DNA of 64,000 bases from Gammaproteobacteria bacterium (GTDB lineage Bacteria > Pseudomonadota > Gammaproteobacteria > JAABTG01), in assembly GCA_034522055.1 (NCBI GenBank), contig JAXHLS010000006.1, forward strand, positions 705,643 through 769,642, given 5' to 3'. Shown one piece after another: positions 38,608-49,402 of this stretch. The notes below the pieces were generated by a model, which had not been told where the DNA came from, did no database searches, and saw only the letters and a list, made by a program, of their open reading frames with translations. A program made the translations under genes and the position numbers. Every line of letters begins with the position of its first letter. Within the stretch, counting starts at the first letter, position 1.

Positions 38608-39576
38608 TCAATACCTGATGAGGGCCGAGCCCCACGTGAAGCCACCACCGAAGGCCTCCAGCAACAGTAGCTCGCCGCGCTTGATGCGACCGTCCTTGAC
38701 CGCGGTATCCAGGGCCAGGGGAACGGAGGCCCCGGAGGTATTGCCGTGGGTATCCACGGTGACTACCACGTTGTCCATGGACATCTTCAGCTTGCGTGCG
38801 GTGGCGGCGATGATACGGATATTGGCCTGGTGAGGTACCAGCCAGTCCACGTCGCTCTTCGCCAGCCCGTTGGCCTCCAGGGTCTCGTCCACGATCCTGC
38901 CCAGGGTATTCACCGCCACCCGGAACACCTCGTTGCCCTGCATGCGCAGATAGGCCTTGCCCTCGGCCGTGTGGTCGTAGCCCTCGGAAATCCCGCCGTC
39001 CACCGTCAGCAAATGCTCATACGCGCCGTCGGCGTGGATATGGGTGGACATGATTCCGGGCTCTTCGCTCGCCTCCAGCACCACCGCCCCCGCGCCGTCG
39101 GCGAACAGCACGCAGGTGCCCCGATCCGTCCAGTCGATGATGCGGGACATGGTCTCCGCCCCCACCACCAGGGCGTTCCTGACGTGACCGGAGCGTATGA
39201 ACTGATCGGCTACCGACAATGCATAGATGAATCCCGTGCACACCGCCTGGACGTCGAAGGCCGGGCAGCCGCTGATGCCGAGTCGGCCCTGGAGCAGACA
39301 CGCGGTACTGGGGAACACCTTGTCCGCCGTGGTGGTGGCAACGATGATGAGTTCCACCGCGTCGAGATTCAGCCCACTGTGATCCAGGGCCCGGCGCGCC
39401 GCCCGCTCGGCCAGATCGCAGGTGGTTTCGCCGTCACGGGCGATACGGCGCTCACGGATCCCCGTGCGCTCCACGATCCAGCTGTCGCTGGTGTCCACCA
39501 TCTTCTCGAGATCGGCGTTCGTCAGCACCTTCTCGGGCAGATAACTGCCGGTACCCATGATGCGGGAATGGGTCAC
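38608..39576 (-). CDS. fabH: Beta-ketoacyl-ACP synthase III
   Basis: Start matches E. coli (GTGSYLPE...[12 protein letters not shown]). Active-site Cys in [15 protein letters not shown]. Confidence 0.88.
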   Translation of the reverse strand: MTHSRIMGTGSYLPEKVLTNADLEKMVDTSDSWIVERTGIRERRIARDGETTCDLAERAARRALDHSGLNLDAVELIIVATTTADKVFPSTACLLQGRLGISGCPAFDVQAVCTGFIYALSVADQFIRSGHVRNALVVGAETMSRIIDWTDRGTCVLFADGAGAVVLEASEEPGIMSTHIHADGAYEHLLTVDGGISEGYDHTAEGKAYLRMQGNEVFRVAVNTLGRIVDETLEANGLAKSDVDWLVPHQANIRIIAATARKLKMSMDNVVVTVDTHGNTSGASVPLALDTAVKDGRIKRGELLLLEAFGGGFTWGSALIRY

Positions 39577-40598
39577 GATGCGGCCCTGGCCTCCAGGCGC
39601 TGCTGCATATGGTTCCGGATACGGGCGGGTACGTCGTTGGCCACCTCGTTCACCGCCTCGTCGATGGCGTGGGTGAAGGCGAGCCGATCCGCCCCACCGT
39701 GACTCTTGATGACGATGCCCTGGAGGCCGAGCAGGCTGGCGCCGTTGTAGCGGCGTGGATCGAGGCGCAGTTTCAGGGATCGCAATACGGGCAGAGCCAC
39801 CAGCCCCGCCATGCGGGTGACGAGGTTGCGGCCGAATTCGAGTTTCAGATAATGGCTGATCATCTTGGCCACGCCCTCCGAGGTCTTGAGGGCGACGTTG
39901 CCCACGAAACCGTCACACACCACCACATCCGCCTCACCCGTGAAGATGCCGTCTCCCTCCACGTAGCCGATATAGTTGAGTCCGGTATCGGCCATCAGGG
40001 CCGAGGCCTGTTTGACGGTCTCGTTGCCCTTGATGGCTTCGGCCCCGATGTTGAGCAGCGCCACCCGTGGCGCGGCCTTGTGCTCCACCGCGCTGGTGAG
40101 ATCGGACCCCATGATGGCGAACTGCACCAGCTGTGCCGGGGTGACGTCCACATTGGCCCCCAGGTCGAGCACATGCACGTGCCCTTTCATGGTAGGGAGC
40201 GCCGTGGCGATGGCCGGCCTGTCGATGCCCGGCAGGGTGTGCAGCACGAACTTCGCCATGGCCATCAACGCCCCCGTGTTGCCCGCACTGACACAGGCCG
40301 CCGCGGTACCCTGTTTCACCAGGTCGATGGCCACCCGCATGGACGAGTCGCGCTTCCCGCGCAGAGCCGCCGCGGGGGATTCATCCATGCCGACCATCTG
40401 GCTGGCGTGGCGGATGGTCAGCCGGTGGCGCGCCTCCTCGCCCGCCGAGGCCGCCAGGGGAGCCAGGATCTGCTCGTTCCCCACCAGCACGAGCCGCAGC
40501 CCGGGATGTCGATCGAGGGCGTCGATGGCGGCAGGAACCACCACCTCGGGGCCGTGATCACCCCCCATGGCGTCGAGGGCGATGGCAAAGGATTCCAA
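39573..40598 (-). CDS. plsX: Phosphate:acyl-ACP acyltransferase
   Basis: [21 protein letters not shown] start. 4-bp overlap with fabH. Confidence 0.88.
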   Translation of the reverse strand: MESFAIALDAMGGDHGPEVVVPAAIDALDRHPGLRLVLVGNEQILAPLAASAGEEARHRLTIRHASQMVGMDESPAAALRGKRDSSMRVAIDLVKQGTAAACVSAGNTGALMAMAKFVLHTLPGIDRPAIATALPTMKGHVHVLDLGANVDVTPAQLVQFAIMGSDLTSAVEHKAAPRVALLNIGAEAIKGNETVKQASALMADTGLNYIGYVEGDGIFTGEADVVVCDGFVGNVALKTSEGVAKMISHYLKLEFGRNLVTRMAGLVALPVLRSLKLRLDPRRYNGASLLGLQGIVIKSHGGADRLAFTHAIDEAVNEVANDVPARIRNHMQQRLEARAAS

Positions 40599-40601
40599 GC
40601 C

Positions 40602-40781
40602 TTATTCTTCCGGGGTGGTGTATACCTTGCGACCACGGTAATAGCCGTCGGGCGTGATGTGGTGCCGCAGATGGACCTCGCCGGTGGTCGGGTCGGTAGA
40701 CAGTGCGGGGCTCGACAGCTTGTCATGGGCGCGCCGCATGCCGCGTTTGGAAGGTGTCTTTCTGTTTTTCTGAACAGCCAT
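40602..40781 (-). CDS. rpmF: 50S ribosomal protein L32
   Basis: Manual translation [59 protein letters not shown]. The six-frame track did not list it as an ORF. Coordinates are good to +/-1. Confidence 0.8.
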   Translation of the reverse strand: MAVQKNRKTPSKRGMRRAHDKLSSPALSTDPTTGEVHLRHHITPDGYYRGRKVYTTPEE

Positions 40782-41057
40782 TGCTAGAGTTTCTCCAAGT
40801 AACTGAATCTATTGGGGCGAATGCGTGCCCCTGCATCCACCAGACCACCATGGGATGGATGCCCGGTGCCTGTGGCCAGTGTCTAGCCCAGTACCCAGCC
40901 CATTGCCCAGCCCAGTGGCTAGGGAAAAGGGCTCTCACCGAACCGCGCGGTGTACATTACACGCCGCTAACCAGCCCGGAAAGCGCGGCTTCCGAACTCC
41001 TTGCGGGCAGCGTCCGGAGACCGCTGCCGCGCTTACCGCCGCGCCTCCGGCGGGGCG

Positions 41058-41567
41058 CTAATCCCCTTTGTCGAGCAGCTTTCTGAGGTCCCGGAACGGC
41101 TGGCGCGCGCCTCGCGTCGGCGCTTCCGAATCCGCCGCCGGCACTTCCCTGCAGGACCGGGCATGACGCGCCACGATGGGGAGCGCAAGCAGTATTTCGT
41201 CTTCCACCAGTTTCCGAATACTCAACGGGGCGTCCCCCACTATCAGCGGCTCGAGTTCCTCCGGGAGCCTCTCGGCTTCCGCCTCCGAGGAGCAGAGACC
41301 GAGGTGCGGCCTGATCTCCAGTTTGACGGCCATGGGCTCGAGGCAGCGCTGGCACTGCAGGGTCACCGTACCAACCAGGTGCCCCCCGATCACGGCGTGA
41401 TTCGCGGCGTCACGACCGAATTCGAGCCGGACCGCGAACTCTCCACTGCTGTCGATGACGGCGGACAGGACGCGCGCAAGCGCGGCGACGGCGTAGGAAT
41501 CCTCCATAACCGCTCGCCTTTCAACGAGTTGAAACGGCTCTATCAGTTCTGGGAGGCGGCCCGGCAT
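41058..41567 (-). CDS. yceD: YceD/DUF177 large-ribosomal-subunit accumulation protein
   Basis: Position upstream of rpmF. Cys pair CQRCLEP...C typical of DUF177. Start taken at MPGRLPELIEP. Confidence 0.7.
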   Translation of the reverse strand: MPGRLPELIEPFQLVERRAVMEDSYAVAALARVLSAVIDSSGEFAVRLEFGRDAANHAVIGGHLVGTVTLQCQRCLEPMAVKLEIRPHLGLCSSEAEAERLPEELEPLIVGDAPLSIRKLVEDEILLALPIVARHARSCREVPAADSEAPTRGARQPFRDLRKLLDKGD

Positions 41568-41907
41568 AAACGAGGAATGGTACAAAACAGCCCGCCGACA
41601 AGTCAAAGTAATTCGCGCCATCCCGGTTCAGGGCGAATCGTCGCGGGATAGGCCCAAGACTGATCTACTGCCACCGCCCGTTCTTGCGGTACGGCTGTCG
41701 GGATTCATCCCGACAGTCAGACCCCACCCACGCGCACCCGCCGCTATAGATGTTCCAACTATTCCCACGCCAGTGCTGGCCACGACGTCGCCGGGGAGCA
41801 GCCATTTCGTGTCATCTTGGCGAACCGTTTAAAACTCATTCATACTCCCGCCCCTTCAACGGGATCCGCCCCGCCACGCCGCCGCCTCGAGACAACCTCG
41901 CATAGGG

Positions 41908-42570
41908 ATGAACACCCACGGACAAGAAGGCCCCGAAGTGCTGCTTGCAGCCCGCGATCTGGCCTGCGAAAGGGACGACCGACTGCTGTTTTCCGGCCTC
42001 GATTTTCAACTCGCGGCCCGGGAGATCCTTCAAGTCGAGGGCCGCAATGGCAGCGGCAAGACCAGTCTCCTGCGCATCATCTGCGGACTGGCGCTGGCCA
42101 GCGCAGGCGGGATCTACTGGCGGAACCAACCGGTGGAACGGGTGCGCCCGGATTATCTCAGCCAAATCAATTATCTGGGCCATCATGCCGGGGTCAAGGC
42201 CGAGCTGACTCCGCTGGAAAACCTGCGTTTCGCCCAGGCCCTCGCTACCCCGCGTGGCGATGTCGACCTCTACGGGGTGTTGGACCGCCTGTCTCTGCGC
42301 GGCTTCGAGGACGTGCCCTGCCGGATGCTGTCGGCGGGCCAGAACCGGCGGGTCGGGCTGGCACGCCTGCTGGTCAGCGATGCCTTGCTATGGGTGCTCG
42401 ACGAGCCCTTCACCGCCCTCGACCGCAGGGGGATAGCCGATGTCGAGGCCATCTTGCTGGAGCATGTTCGAAGCGGAGGCATCGTGGTGCTCACCACTCA
42501 CCACACCACCCGCCTCGACGGCTGCACGGTCAAGGTCATCGACCTCAGCGCCGGGGTATCCGATTCGTGA
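41908..42570 (+). CDS. ccmA: Cytochrome c biogenesis heme-exporter ATP-binding protein CcmA
   Basis: Walker A GRNGSGKTSLLR, signature LSAGQNRRVGLARL, Walker B LWVLDEP. Confidence 0.88.
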   Translation: MNTHGQEGPEVLLAARDLACERDDRLLFSGLDFQLAAREILQVEGRNGSGKTSLLRIICGLALASAGGIYWRNQPVERVRPDYLSQINYLGHHAGVKAELTPLENLRFAQALATPRGDVDLYGVLDRLSLRGFEDVPCRMLSAGQNRRVGLARLLVSDALLWVLDEPFTALDRRGIADVEAILLEHVRSGGIVVLTTHHTTRLDGCTVKVIDLSAGVSDS

Positions 42571-42587
42571 CGGAGGCGGATGGACGA

Positions 42588-43256
42588 ATGGGCCACGTCT
42601 TCGTCAGGGTCCTGATGCGGGACCTGACCCTGGCGTTCCGGCACCGCGGCGAACTGGCCAATCCCCTGGTGTTTTTCGTCATGGTGGTCAGCCTGTTCCC
42701 TCTGGGTATAGGTCCGGCGCCTTCCACCCTGGCGGAGATCGCGCCGGGGATCATCTGGGTGGCCGCGCTGCTGGCTTCCATGCTCGCCCTGGATGCCATG
42801 TTCCGTACGGATTTCGAGGACGGCTCCCTTGAACAGATGGCCTTGAGCCACCACCCCCTGTCGGTGATCGTCCTGGCCAAGGTACTGGCCCATTGGCTGA
42901 TCACCGGCCTGCCCCTGATTATCATCGCGCCGTTGTTGGGGGTGCTGCTGTATCTGCCGGGTGACGCCATGTGGGTGCTGGTGGCCAGCCTCGCCCTCGG
43001 CACCCCCGTACTGAGTCTCATCGGTGCCATCGGCACGGGGCTCACGGTGGGGCTGAAGCGCGGTGGCGTGCTGTTGTCCCTGCTGGTGCTCCCCCTCTAT
43101 GTGCCGGTGCTGATCTTCGGCGCCCTGGCCGTCAACGATGCCACCGCCGGGCTCAGCGTAGCGGGTCATCTCTATCTCATGGGGGCGTTGCTGGTCCTCT
43201 CCATCGCCCTATCCCCTCTGGCAACCGCTGCCGCCATCCGGGTCAGCATCGGCTAG
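42588..43256 (+). CDS. ccmB: Heme exporter protein CcmB
   Basis: 222 aa, 6-TM, starts MGHVFVRVLMRDL. It lies inside the spurious 479-aa ORF that merges ccmA and ccmB in another register. Confidence 0.85.
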   Translation: MGHVFVRVLMRDLTLAFRHRGELANPLVFFVMVVSLFPLGIGPAPSTLAEIAPGIIWVAALLASMLALDAMFRTDFEDGSLEQMALSHHPLSVIVLAKVLAHWLITGLPLIIIAPLLGVLLYLPGDAMWVLVASLALGTPVLSLIGAIGTGLTVGLKRGGVLLSLLVLPLYVPVLIFGALAVNDATAGLSVAGHLYLMGALLVLSIALSPLATAAAIRVSIG

Positions 43257-43268
43257 AATCCCATTCCC

Positions 43269-44492
43269 ATGCGTATACCACGATTCCTTCACCGTTTCTC
43301 CTCGCCCCGCATTTACTACGGCATCGCCGGCTGGCTGTCCCAATGGACCCTGGCAGTGGCCCTCGGCCTGATGGTAGTCGGCCTCTATATCGGCCTGGTG
43401 CTGGCGCCCACCCATTCCGAGCAGGGGGAGAGTTACCGCATCATCTTCATCCACGTGCCGGCCGCTTCCAATTCCATGATGGTGTATGTGGTCATGGCGG
43501 TGGCGAGCCTCATCTTTTTAGTTTGGCGCATCAAGCTGGCGGACGTAGTGGCGGCCGCCAGCGCGCCCATCGGGGCCTCTTTCACCTTTCTGGCTCTCGT
43601 GACCGGCTCCATCTGGGGCAAGCCCACTTGGGGGACCTGGTGGCAATGGGATGCGCGGCTGACCTCGGAACTGATCCTGCTGTTCCTGTATCTCGGTTAC
43701 ATGGCCCTGCGGGCGGCCATCGAGAATCGCCAGAATGCGGGACGGGCCGCCGCGGTGCTGGCCCTCGTGGGGGTCATCAACATCCCCATCATCCACTACT
43801 CGGTGCAGTGGTGGAACACCCTCCATCAGGGCGCCACCATCAGCAAGTTCTCCCAGCCCTCCATCCAGGGCACCATGCTCGCGGCGCTGCTGCTGATGAT
43901 GGCCATGTTCGTATTCTTCTACGCCACTGCCTTGCTGGTGCGGGGGCGCTGCATGGTGTTGCAGAACGAGGTCCGGGCATCCTGGGTCCGGGAGCCGCCC
44001 GTGACCCGGCCGCAATACGTCGCCTGGACCATCCCGTTGATCGCGATCATATTCACGGCATGGTTGCACCTGTCATCGGAGCGTGAAGCCGTTTACAGTC
44101 CCGGTGAACTGGCACAGGTCTCCGCAGTCGAACACGAGGCGATCACCGTGCAGGGGGTCGTGCGGGACGTCGAGGACCACGGGGCCATCAAGCGTTTTCG
44201 TCTGGCAGTGGACGACGCGGCCGTGGATATACGCTTCCCGGGCAATCTCCCGGCACAGTTCAGGGCCGGCTGGGGTGCCCGGGTGACCGGCACGTACGCC
44301 GCGGAGACGGGGCGCATCGAGGCCCGTTCCGTGGCCGCCCTCAATGTACGGGACCACAGCAGTTACGTCATAATCGCCTACCTGATTGCCCTGGTGACGC
44401 TGCTGATCAACGCGCTGGCGCCTTATCGTTGTCTGGCAACGAGCAAGGCCGTCATTGCGCGCAGACACAGGCGCGAGGAACTCGATAGATGA
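43269..44492 (+). CDS. ccmC: Heme exporter protein CcmC extended in-frame by a second CcmE-like OB-fold domain and a CcmD-like C-terminal helix (single 407-aa reading frame)
   Basis: Residues ~1-245 form a typical CcmC (WWQWD tryptophan-rich WWD motif, 6 TM). About 160 further residues follow with no stop. First a TM helix plus ...VYSPGELAQ... (compare E. coli CcmE FYTPGEIL) and an OB-fold-like stretch [35 protein letters not shown]. Then [25 protein letters not shown]...ARRHRREEL, which resembles CcmD. The ORF ends in an ATGA overlap with ccmE. Confidence 0.75.
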   Translation: MRIPRFLHRFSSPRIYYGIAGWLSQWTLAVALGLMVVGLYIGLVLAPTHSEQGESYRIIFIHVPAASNSMMVYVVMAVASLIFLVWRIKLADVVAAASAPIGASFTFLALVTGSIWGKPTWGTWWQWDARLTSELILLFLYLGYMALRAAIENRQNAGRAAAVLALVGVINIPIIHYSVQWWNTLHQGATISKFSQPSIQGTMLAALLLMMAMFVFFYATALLVRGRCMVLQNEVRASWVREPPVTRPQYVAWTIPLIAIIFTAWLHLSSEREAVYSPGELAQVSAVEHEAITVQGVVRDVEDHGAIKRFRLAVDDAAVDIRFPGNLPAQFRAGWGARVTGTYAAETGRIEARSVAALNVRDHSSYVIIAYLIALVTLLINALAPYRCLATSKAVIARRHRREELDR

Positions 44493-44959
44493 ATCCGAAA
44501 AGAAAACAACGACTGGCGCTGATCGGCGCCTTGGTGACCCTGGTGGCCGTCGCCGTGGGTCTGATGCTCATGGCCCTCAACGAGAACATTAATCTGTTTT
44601 TCAGCCCCACCCAGGTGGCGGCGGGCGAGGTCCCGGACAACCATGTATTCCGCCTCGGCGGCCTGGTGGAGAACGGCAGCGTCAAGCGCCGTCAGGACTC
44701 CCTGGAGGTGGAATTCAAGGTCACCGATACCGCGCACAACATACCCGTGGTTTATACCGGCATCCTGCCCGATCTGTTCCGTGAGGGTCAGGGGATCATC
44801 GCCCTCGGGCGGCTGAACGGCAACGGCCAGTTCGTGGCCGACGAGGTACTGGCCAAGCACGACGAGAACTACATGCCGCCGGAGGTGGCCGAGGCCCTGA
44901 AGGCGGTGGAAACCAGTCCGGGCAACAACCCGCTCTCCCACCCCGGGCAAGGCTCATGA
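44489..44959 (+). CDS. ccmE: Cytochrome c-type biogenesis heme chaperone CcmE
   Basis: TM anchor, then LFFSPTQV, and the heme-binding [13 protein letters not shown] motif. Confidence 0.9.
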   Translation: MNPKRKQRLALIGALVTLVAVAVGLMLMALNENINLFFSPTQVAAGEVPDNHVFRLGGLVENGSVKRRQDSLEVEFKVTDTAHNIPVVYTGILPDLFREGQGIIALGRLNGNGQFVADEVLAKHDENYMPPEVAEALKAVETSPGNNPLSHPGQGS

Positions 44960-46944
44960 TCCCCGAAATCGGGCATTTCGCCCTCATCATCGCCCTGTCC
45001 ATCGCGATCATCCAGGGTACTCTGCCATTGCTGGGGGTGTGGCTGGACCGACCCGCATGGATAGGTGTGGCGGTTCCTGCGGCCCGGGCCCAGGTGCTGT
45101 TCCTGGCCATCTCCTTCATCTGTCTGACCTATGCCTTCCTGGTGGATGATTTCTCGGTGGCCTACGTCGCCACCAACTCAAACACCGCCCAGCCCCTGAT
45201 GTACAAGATCTCCGCCGTGTGGGGGGCCCACGAGGGCTCGCTGTTGCTTTGGGTGCTGATGCTGGGGATCTGGGGCCTGGCCATCACCCTGTTCAGCCGC
45301 TCCGTGCCGGAGGTCTTCACGGCGCGGGTGCTGGCGGTCATCGGTCTGGTGGGTGTGGGCTTCCTGCTGTTCACCCTGGGCACCTCCAACCCCTTCGAAC
45401 GCCTGTTCCCGGCACCGCTGCAGGGGCGCGAGCTGAACCCGTTGCTCCAGGACCCCGGGCTCGCCATCCACCCGCCCATGTTGTACCTGGGTTATGTGGG
45501 CATGGTAGTGCCCTTCGCCTTTGCCATCGCCGCCCTGCTGGAGGGCCGACTGGATTCCGCATGGGTGCGCTGGACGCGGCCCTGGACCAACGTGGCCTGG
45601 ATGTTCCTGACCTTCGGCATCGCCCTCGGTAGCTGGTGGGCCTACTATGAACTGGGTTGGGGCGGCTGGTGGTTCTGGGACCCGGTGGAGAACGCCTCGT
45701 TCATGCCGTGGCTGGTGGCCACCGCCCTCATCCACTCCCTCGCCGTCACCGAGAAGCGGGGCTCCTTTCGCAGCTGGACGGTCCTGCTGTCCATCTTCGC
45801 CTTCTCCCTCAGTCTGTTGGGGACCTTCCTGGTGCGTTCCGGGGTGCTGGTATCCGTCCACGCCTTCGCCACCGATCCGGCGCGCGGGATGTACATACTC
45901 ATCTTCCTGTGCGTGGTCATCGGCTCTTCCCTGCTGCTGTTCGCCTGGCGTGCCGCCGCGGTGAGTGCCAGCGCCAGGTTCGAGTGGGTATCCAAGGATA
46001 CCTTTCTGCTGCTGAACAACATCCTGCTCACGGTGGCCGCGGCCAGTGTGCTCATCGGCACCCTCTACCCGCTGTTTCTGGACGCCCTGGGGCTCGGCAA
46101 GATCTCGGTGGGACCACCCTACTTCAACACGGTTTTCGTGCCCCTCATGCTGCCCCTGCTGTTGCTCATGGGCATCGGCCCGCTGGCGCGCTGGAAGAAG
46201 GACACGCCGGCGCGGCTCGCGCGGCTGAACCGCTTCACCCTGCCCGCGGCCATCGTGCTCGCCTCGGTGACCCTCGGACTGGTGGGTAAGCTGTCGGACA
46301 TCATGGTATGGCTGGGTCTGTTCGCGGCCTTCTGGATCGTGGTCACGGCCCTCTATGGCGTCCGCCGCCAGATGGGTGGCAAGGGCATGCGGGGCCTGTC
46401 TCTCGGCTTCGGCGGCATGACCGTCGCCCACACGGGTATGGCGGTGTTCGTGGTCGGGGTGACCCTCACCTCGGCCTACAGCATCGAGCAGGACGTGCGC
46501 ATGGCCCCCGGCGACAGCCTCGAAGTGAAGGATTATCGCTTCCAGTTCGAGGGTGTGGCGCCCCATCGGGGGGCCAATTACCGTTCCACCATGGGGACCA
46601 TGGATGTCTATGAGGGTGGTGAACGCGTTACCACGCTCTATCCCGAGAAACGATACTATGCCTCCCAGGAGAACCCCATGACCGAGGCCGCCATCGACGC
46701 CGGGGTGACCCGGGACCTCTACGTCGCCCTCGGTGAGCCGGTGGGCAGTGGTGCCTGGGCGGTGCGCGTCTACCACAAGCCCTTCATACAGTGGATCTGG
46801 TTCGGTTGCCTGATGATGGGCATAGGCGGCCTCTTGGCCTCCTTCGACCGGCGCTACCGTCTGGCTCGCCGGGTGGTGAGGGCGGGTGGTGCCGGCGCGA
46901 CGCCACGGCCGATGGCCGGCATAGCAGAGGGTGCCGGGGGATGA
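44956..46944 (+). CDS. ccmF: Cytochrome c-type biogenesis heme lyase CcmF
   Basis: 662 aa, multi-TM, WWD-type motif ([16 protein letters not shown]). Confidence 0.9.
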   Translation: MIPEIGHFALIIALSIAIIQGTLPLLGVWLDRPAWIGVAVPAARAQVLFLAISFICLTYAFLVDDFSVAYVATNSNTAQPLMYKISAVWGAHEGSLLLWVLMLGIWGLAITLFSRSVPEVFTARVLAVIGLVGVGFLLFTLGTSNPFERLFPAPLQGRELNPLLQDPGLAIHPPMLYLGYVGMVVPFAFAIAALLEGRLDSAWVRWTRPWTNVAWMFLTFGIALGSWWAYYELGWGGWWFWDPVENASFMPWLVATALIHSLAVTEKRGSFRSWTVLLSIFAFSLSLLGTFLVRSGVLVSVHAFATDPARGMYILIFLCVVIGSSLLLFAWRAAAVSASARFEWVSKDTFLLLNNILLTVAAASVLIGTLYPLFLDALGLGKISVGPPYFNTVFVPLMLPLLLLMGIGPLARWKKDTPARLARLNRFTLPAAIVLASVTLGLVGKLSDIMVWLGLFAAFWIVVTALYGVRRQMGGKGMRGLSLGFGGMTVAHTGMAVFVVGVTLTSAYSIEQDVRMAPGDSLEVKDYRFQFEGVAPHRGANYRSTMGTMDVYEGGERVTTLYPEKRYYASQENPMTEAAIDAGVTRDLYVALGEPVGSGAWAVRVYHKPFIQWIWFGCLMMGIGGLLASFDRRYRLARRVVRAGGAGATPRPMAGIAEGAGG

Positions 46945-47477
46945 TGCGACTGCTGATTCCCTTCGGAATCTTCATCGTCCTGATCGTTTTCCTGGGTATC
47001 GGGCTCGGCCTTAACCCCCGCGAGGTACCCTCCCCTCTCATCAACAAGGCGGCTCCGGCGTTCGAGTTGCCCACCCTGGCGGATGCCGAAAGGTCCATCG
47101 GTCTGGAAGACCTCAAGGCCGATGGTGTCGTGTTGTTCAATGTGTGGGCGAGCTGGTGCGTGGCCTGTCGTCACGAACATCCCTTGCTGGTGTCCCTCGC
47201 GCGCCAGAACGTCATCCCCATCTATGGTCTGAACTACAAGGATGAACGACCGGCGGCGCTGCAGTGGCTGCGACAACTCGGCAACCCCTACAAGGCGAGC
47301 GTCTATGACGAGGATGGTCGGGTCGGTATCGACTGGGGGGTCTACGGCGTCCCCGAAACCTTCGTGGTGGATGGTGATGGCATCATTCGCCACAAACACA
47401 CCGGACCACTGACGGTAGAGGCCTGGGAGACGGAAGTGCTGCCGCGGATCCGGCGGCTACAGGAGGGCGAAGGATGA
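46941..47477 (+). CDS. ccmG: Thiol:disulfide interchange protein DsbE/CcmG
   Basis: Start ATG 46941 (MMRLLIPFG...), WASWCVACRHEHP active site. ATGA overlap with ccmF. Confidence 0.88.
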   Translation: MMRLLIPFGIFIVLIVFLGIGLGLNPREVPSPLINKAAPAFELPTLADAERSIGLEDLKADGVVLFNVWASWCVACRHEHPLLVSLARQNVIPIYGLNYKDERPAALQWLRQLGNPYKASVYDEDGRVGIDWGVYGVPETFVVDGDGIIRHKHTGPLTVEAWETEVLPRIRRLQEGEG

Positions 47478-47962
47478 AAATGACGCGGCTGCTGCTGATT
47501 CTCCTGGCCTGCGGTCTGGCCGCCGGTGCCTGGGGATCGGTGGAACCACTGTCCTTCTCCTCCCCCGAGGCGGAGAGACGCTACAAGAACCTCATCGAGG
47601 AACTCCGCTGCCTGGTGTGTCAGAACCAGAACCTCGCCGCCTCCGATGCCGATCTGGCGAAGGATCTGCGACGTGAGACCTACAACATGGTGGAGGAAGG
47701 CAAGACCGAGGGTGAGGTCATCGACTTCATGGTGGACCGCTACGGCGATTTCGTCCTCTACCGGCCACCCGTCAAGAGTACCACCCTGCTATTGTGGCTG
47801 ACGCCGCTGCTTCTGGCACTGGCCGGCCTGACGGTTCTGTTCCTGCAGATCAGGAAACGCAAGGCAGCCAGTGCATCCAGCGACGAGGCCCTGAGCGCCG
47901 AGGAACAGGCTCGCCTCGACAATCTGCTCGACCATTCTCCCTCCGACTCCCGGGATAACTGA
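47474..47962 (+). CDS. ccmH: Cytochrome c-type biogenesis protein CcmH
   Basis: LRCLVCQNQNL (LRCxxC motif), single TM near the C-terminus. Confidence 0.85.
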   Translation: MKMTRLLLILLACGLAAGAWGSVEPLSFSSPEAERRYKNLIEELRCLVCQNQNLAASDADLAKDLRRETYNMVEEGKTEGEVIDFMVDRYGDFVLYRPPVKSTTLLLWLTPLLLALAGLTVLFLQIRKRKAASASSDEALSAEEQARLDNLLDHSPSDSRDN

Positions 47963-49239
47963 TGCTTTTCTGGATACTCGCCACCCTCATGGTGCTGGCC
48001 GCGCTCGCCATGCTCCTGCCCAGTCTGTTCGGTTGGCGTCGCGGCAGTGCCGTGGACCGTGCCTCCCTCAACATGGAAATCTTCAATGATCGCCTCGCCC
48101 AACTCGACCAGGACAAGGCCGACGGGGTCATGAGCGCGGAGGATTATGCCGCCGCCCGCCACGAACTGGAGCGGGAGCTGCTACGTGATGCCGGTGGTGA
48201 ACAACCCCAGACCGGGACGACGGGTACAGTCACGGCCAGTCGCGGGAGCGCCCTCGTCGTCGGGCTGTTCGTTCCGTTGCTCACCCTTGGTCTCTATTTC
48301 AGCATCGGCGAGCGGGAACTGGCGACCAATGCCATTCAGACGGCCGGCCAAAGCGGCGGCCAGAGCGGCGGCCAGGGCGGCCGGCAACCCTCCATAGCTG
48401 AGATGGTGGACGGGCTGGCCAGCAAAATGGAAAAGGAGCCCCGCAACCTGGAGGGGTGGACCATGCTGGGCCGTTCCTATCAGATGCTCGAGCGCTACGA
48501 TGAGGCCCTCGCGGCCTTCGCCCATGCCCGGGAGCTGGCGCCCCAGGATCCGGACCTCCTGGTGTTCCACGGGGAGACCCTGGCCCTGGCACGGGGCGGC
48601 AATCTGGAAGGAGAGCCGGCGCGTTTCGTGTCCCGGGCCCTGGCCATCGAGCCGAACCACCCTAACGGCCTGTGGCTGAAGGGGGTCGCCGCCCGCCAGC
48701 AGGGTGACGCCGGTACCGCGTTGGCAAGCTGGCGGCGGCTGCGCGGGCTCCTCGAAGAAGATGAGCGGGCGATGCTGGATGAACATATCGCCGATCTCGA
48801 AGCCGATAGGGGGAACGAGACGCCAACATCCGCCGGCGCGGCCGTGACGGCCGCCGAGCCCACGCCGTCACCGGCAACCCTCGATGAGGCGGCGGAGATC
48901 AAGGTGAAGGTGAGCCTGGATAGCGTTACGGCAGCCGAGGCCCGCGACTCCGATACCGTGTTCGTCTTCGCCCGCGCCGCCGCCGGGCCTCGCATGCCCC
49001 TGGCCATCGTGCGCAAGACCGTCGCCGATCTGCCCTTCGAGGTGGTTCTGGACGACGATATGGCCATGACGCCGGCCTTCCGCCTGTCGAACTTCGACGA
49101 GGTGGTCATCGGCGCACGCATCTCTCGCAGCGGCAATGCCATGCCCCAGGCCGGCGATCTCCAGGGGCTCAGCAAACCCGTGCCGTGGCGTCGCGCGCCG
49201 GCGGTGGACGTGGTCATCGACAGCCGCGTCGAGGGCTGA
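47962..49239 (+). CDS. ccmI: c-type cytochrome biogenesis protein CcmI (CycH), TPR-containing
   Basis: Two N-terminal TM helices plus a TPR region. Position after ccmH. Confidence 0.78.
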   Translation: MLFWILATLMVLAALAMLLPSLFGWRRGSAVDRASLNMEIFNDRLAQLDQDKADGVMSAEDYAAARHELERELLRDAGGEQPQTGTTGTVTASRGSALVVGLFVPLLTLGLYFSIGERELATNAIQTAGQSGGQSGGQGGRQPSIAEMVDGLASKMEKEPRNLEGWTMLGRSYQMLERYDEALAAFAHARELAPQDPDLLVFHGETLALARGGNLEGEPARFVSRALAIEPNHPNGLWLKGVAARQQGDAGTALASWRRLRGLLEEDERAMLDEHIADLEADRGNETPTSAGAAVTAAEPTPSPATLDEAAEIKVKVSLDSVTAAEARDSDTVFVFARAAAGPRMPLAIVRKTVADLPFEVVLDDDMAMTPAFRLSNFDEVVIGARISRSGNAMPQAGDLQGLSKPVPWRRAPAVDVVIDSRVEG

Positions 49240-49402
49240 TCCGCCCGCCCCGCCGGACCCACGGCTGGACAAGCACGCCGCCAAGTAACAATAATGCGGC
49301 GCTTCCGGGCCTTCGGGTGGCAGGCCCGGCAGATCATCGGTCCGCTCACGCCCGGCGTTCGCTCGCGCTGGAAATCCTCTATTTTTTACAACGAGTTACC
49401 GG

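Noticed and set aside
41690-41720. Perfect hairpin CTGTCGGGA-ttca-TCCCGACAG upstream of ccmA, considered as a tRNA fragment or terminator
   Set aside because: No T-tract, no tRNA-like acceptor/T-arm context. It lies in divergent promoter space between yceD and ccmA. Probably just a regulatory or incidental stem-loop.
41817-43256. 479-aa plus-strand ORF covering the ccmA-ccmB region
   Set aside because: It runs in a different frame from ccmA, and only its C-terminal 222 residues (from MGHVFVRV at 42588) are CcmB. The rest is an Arg/Pro-rich shadow ORF over ccmA.
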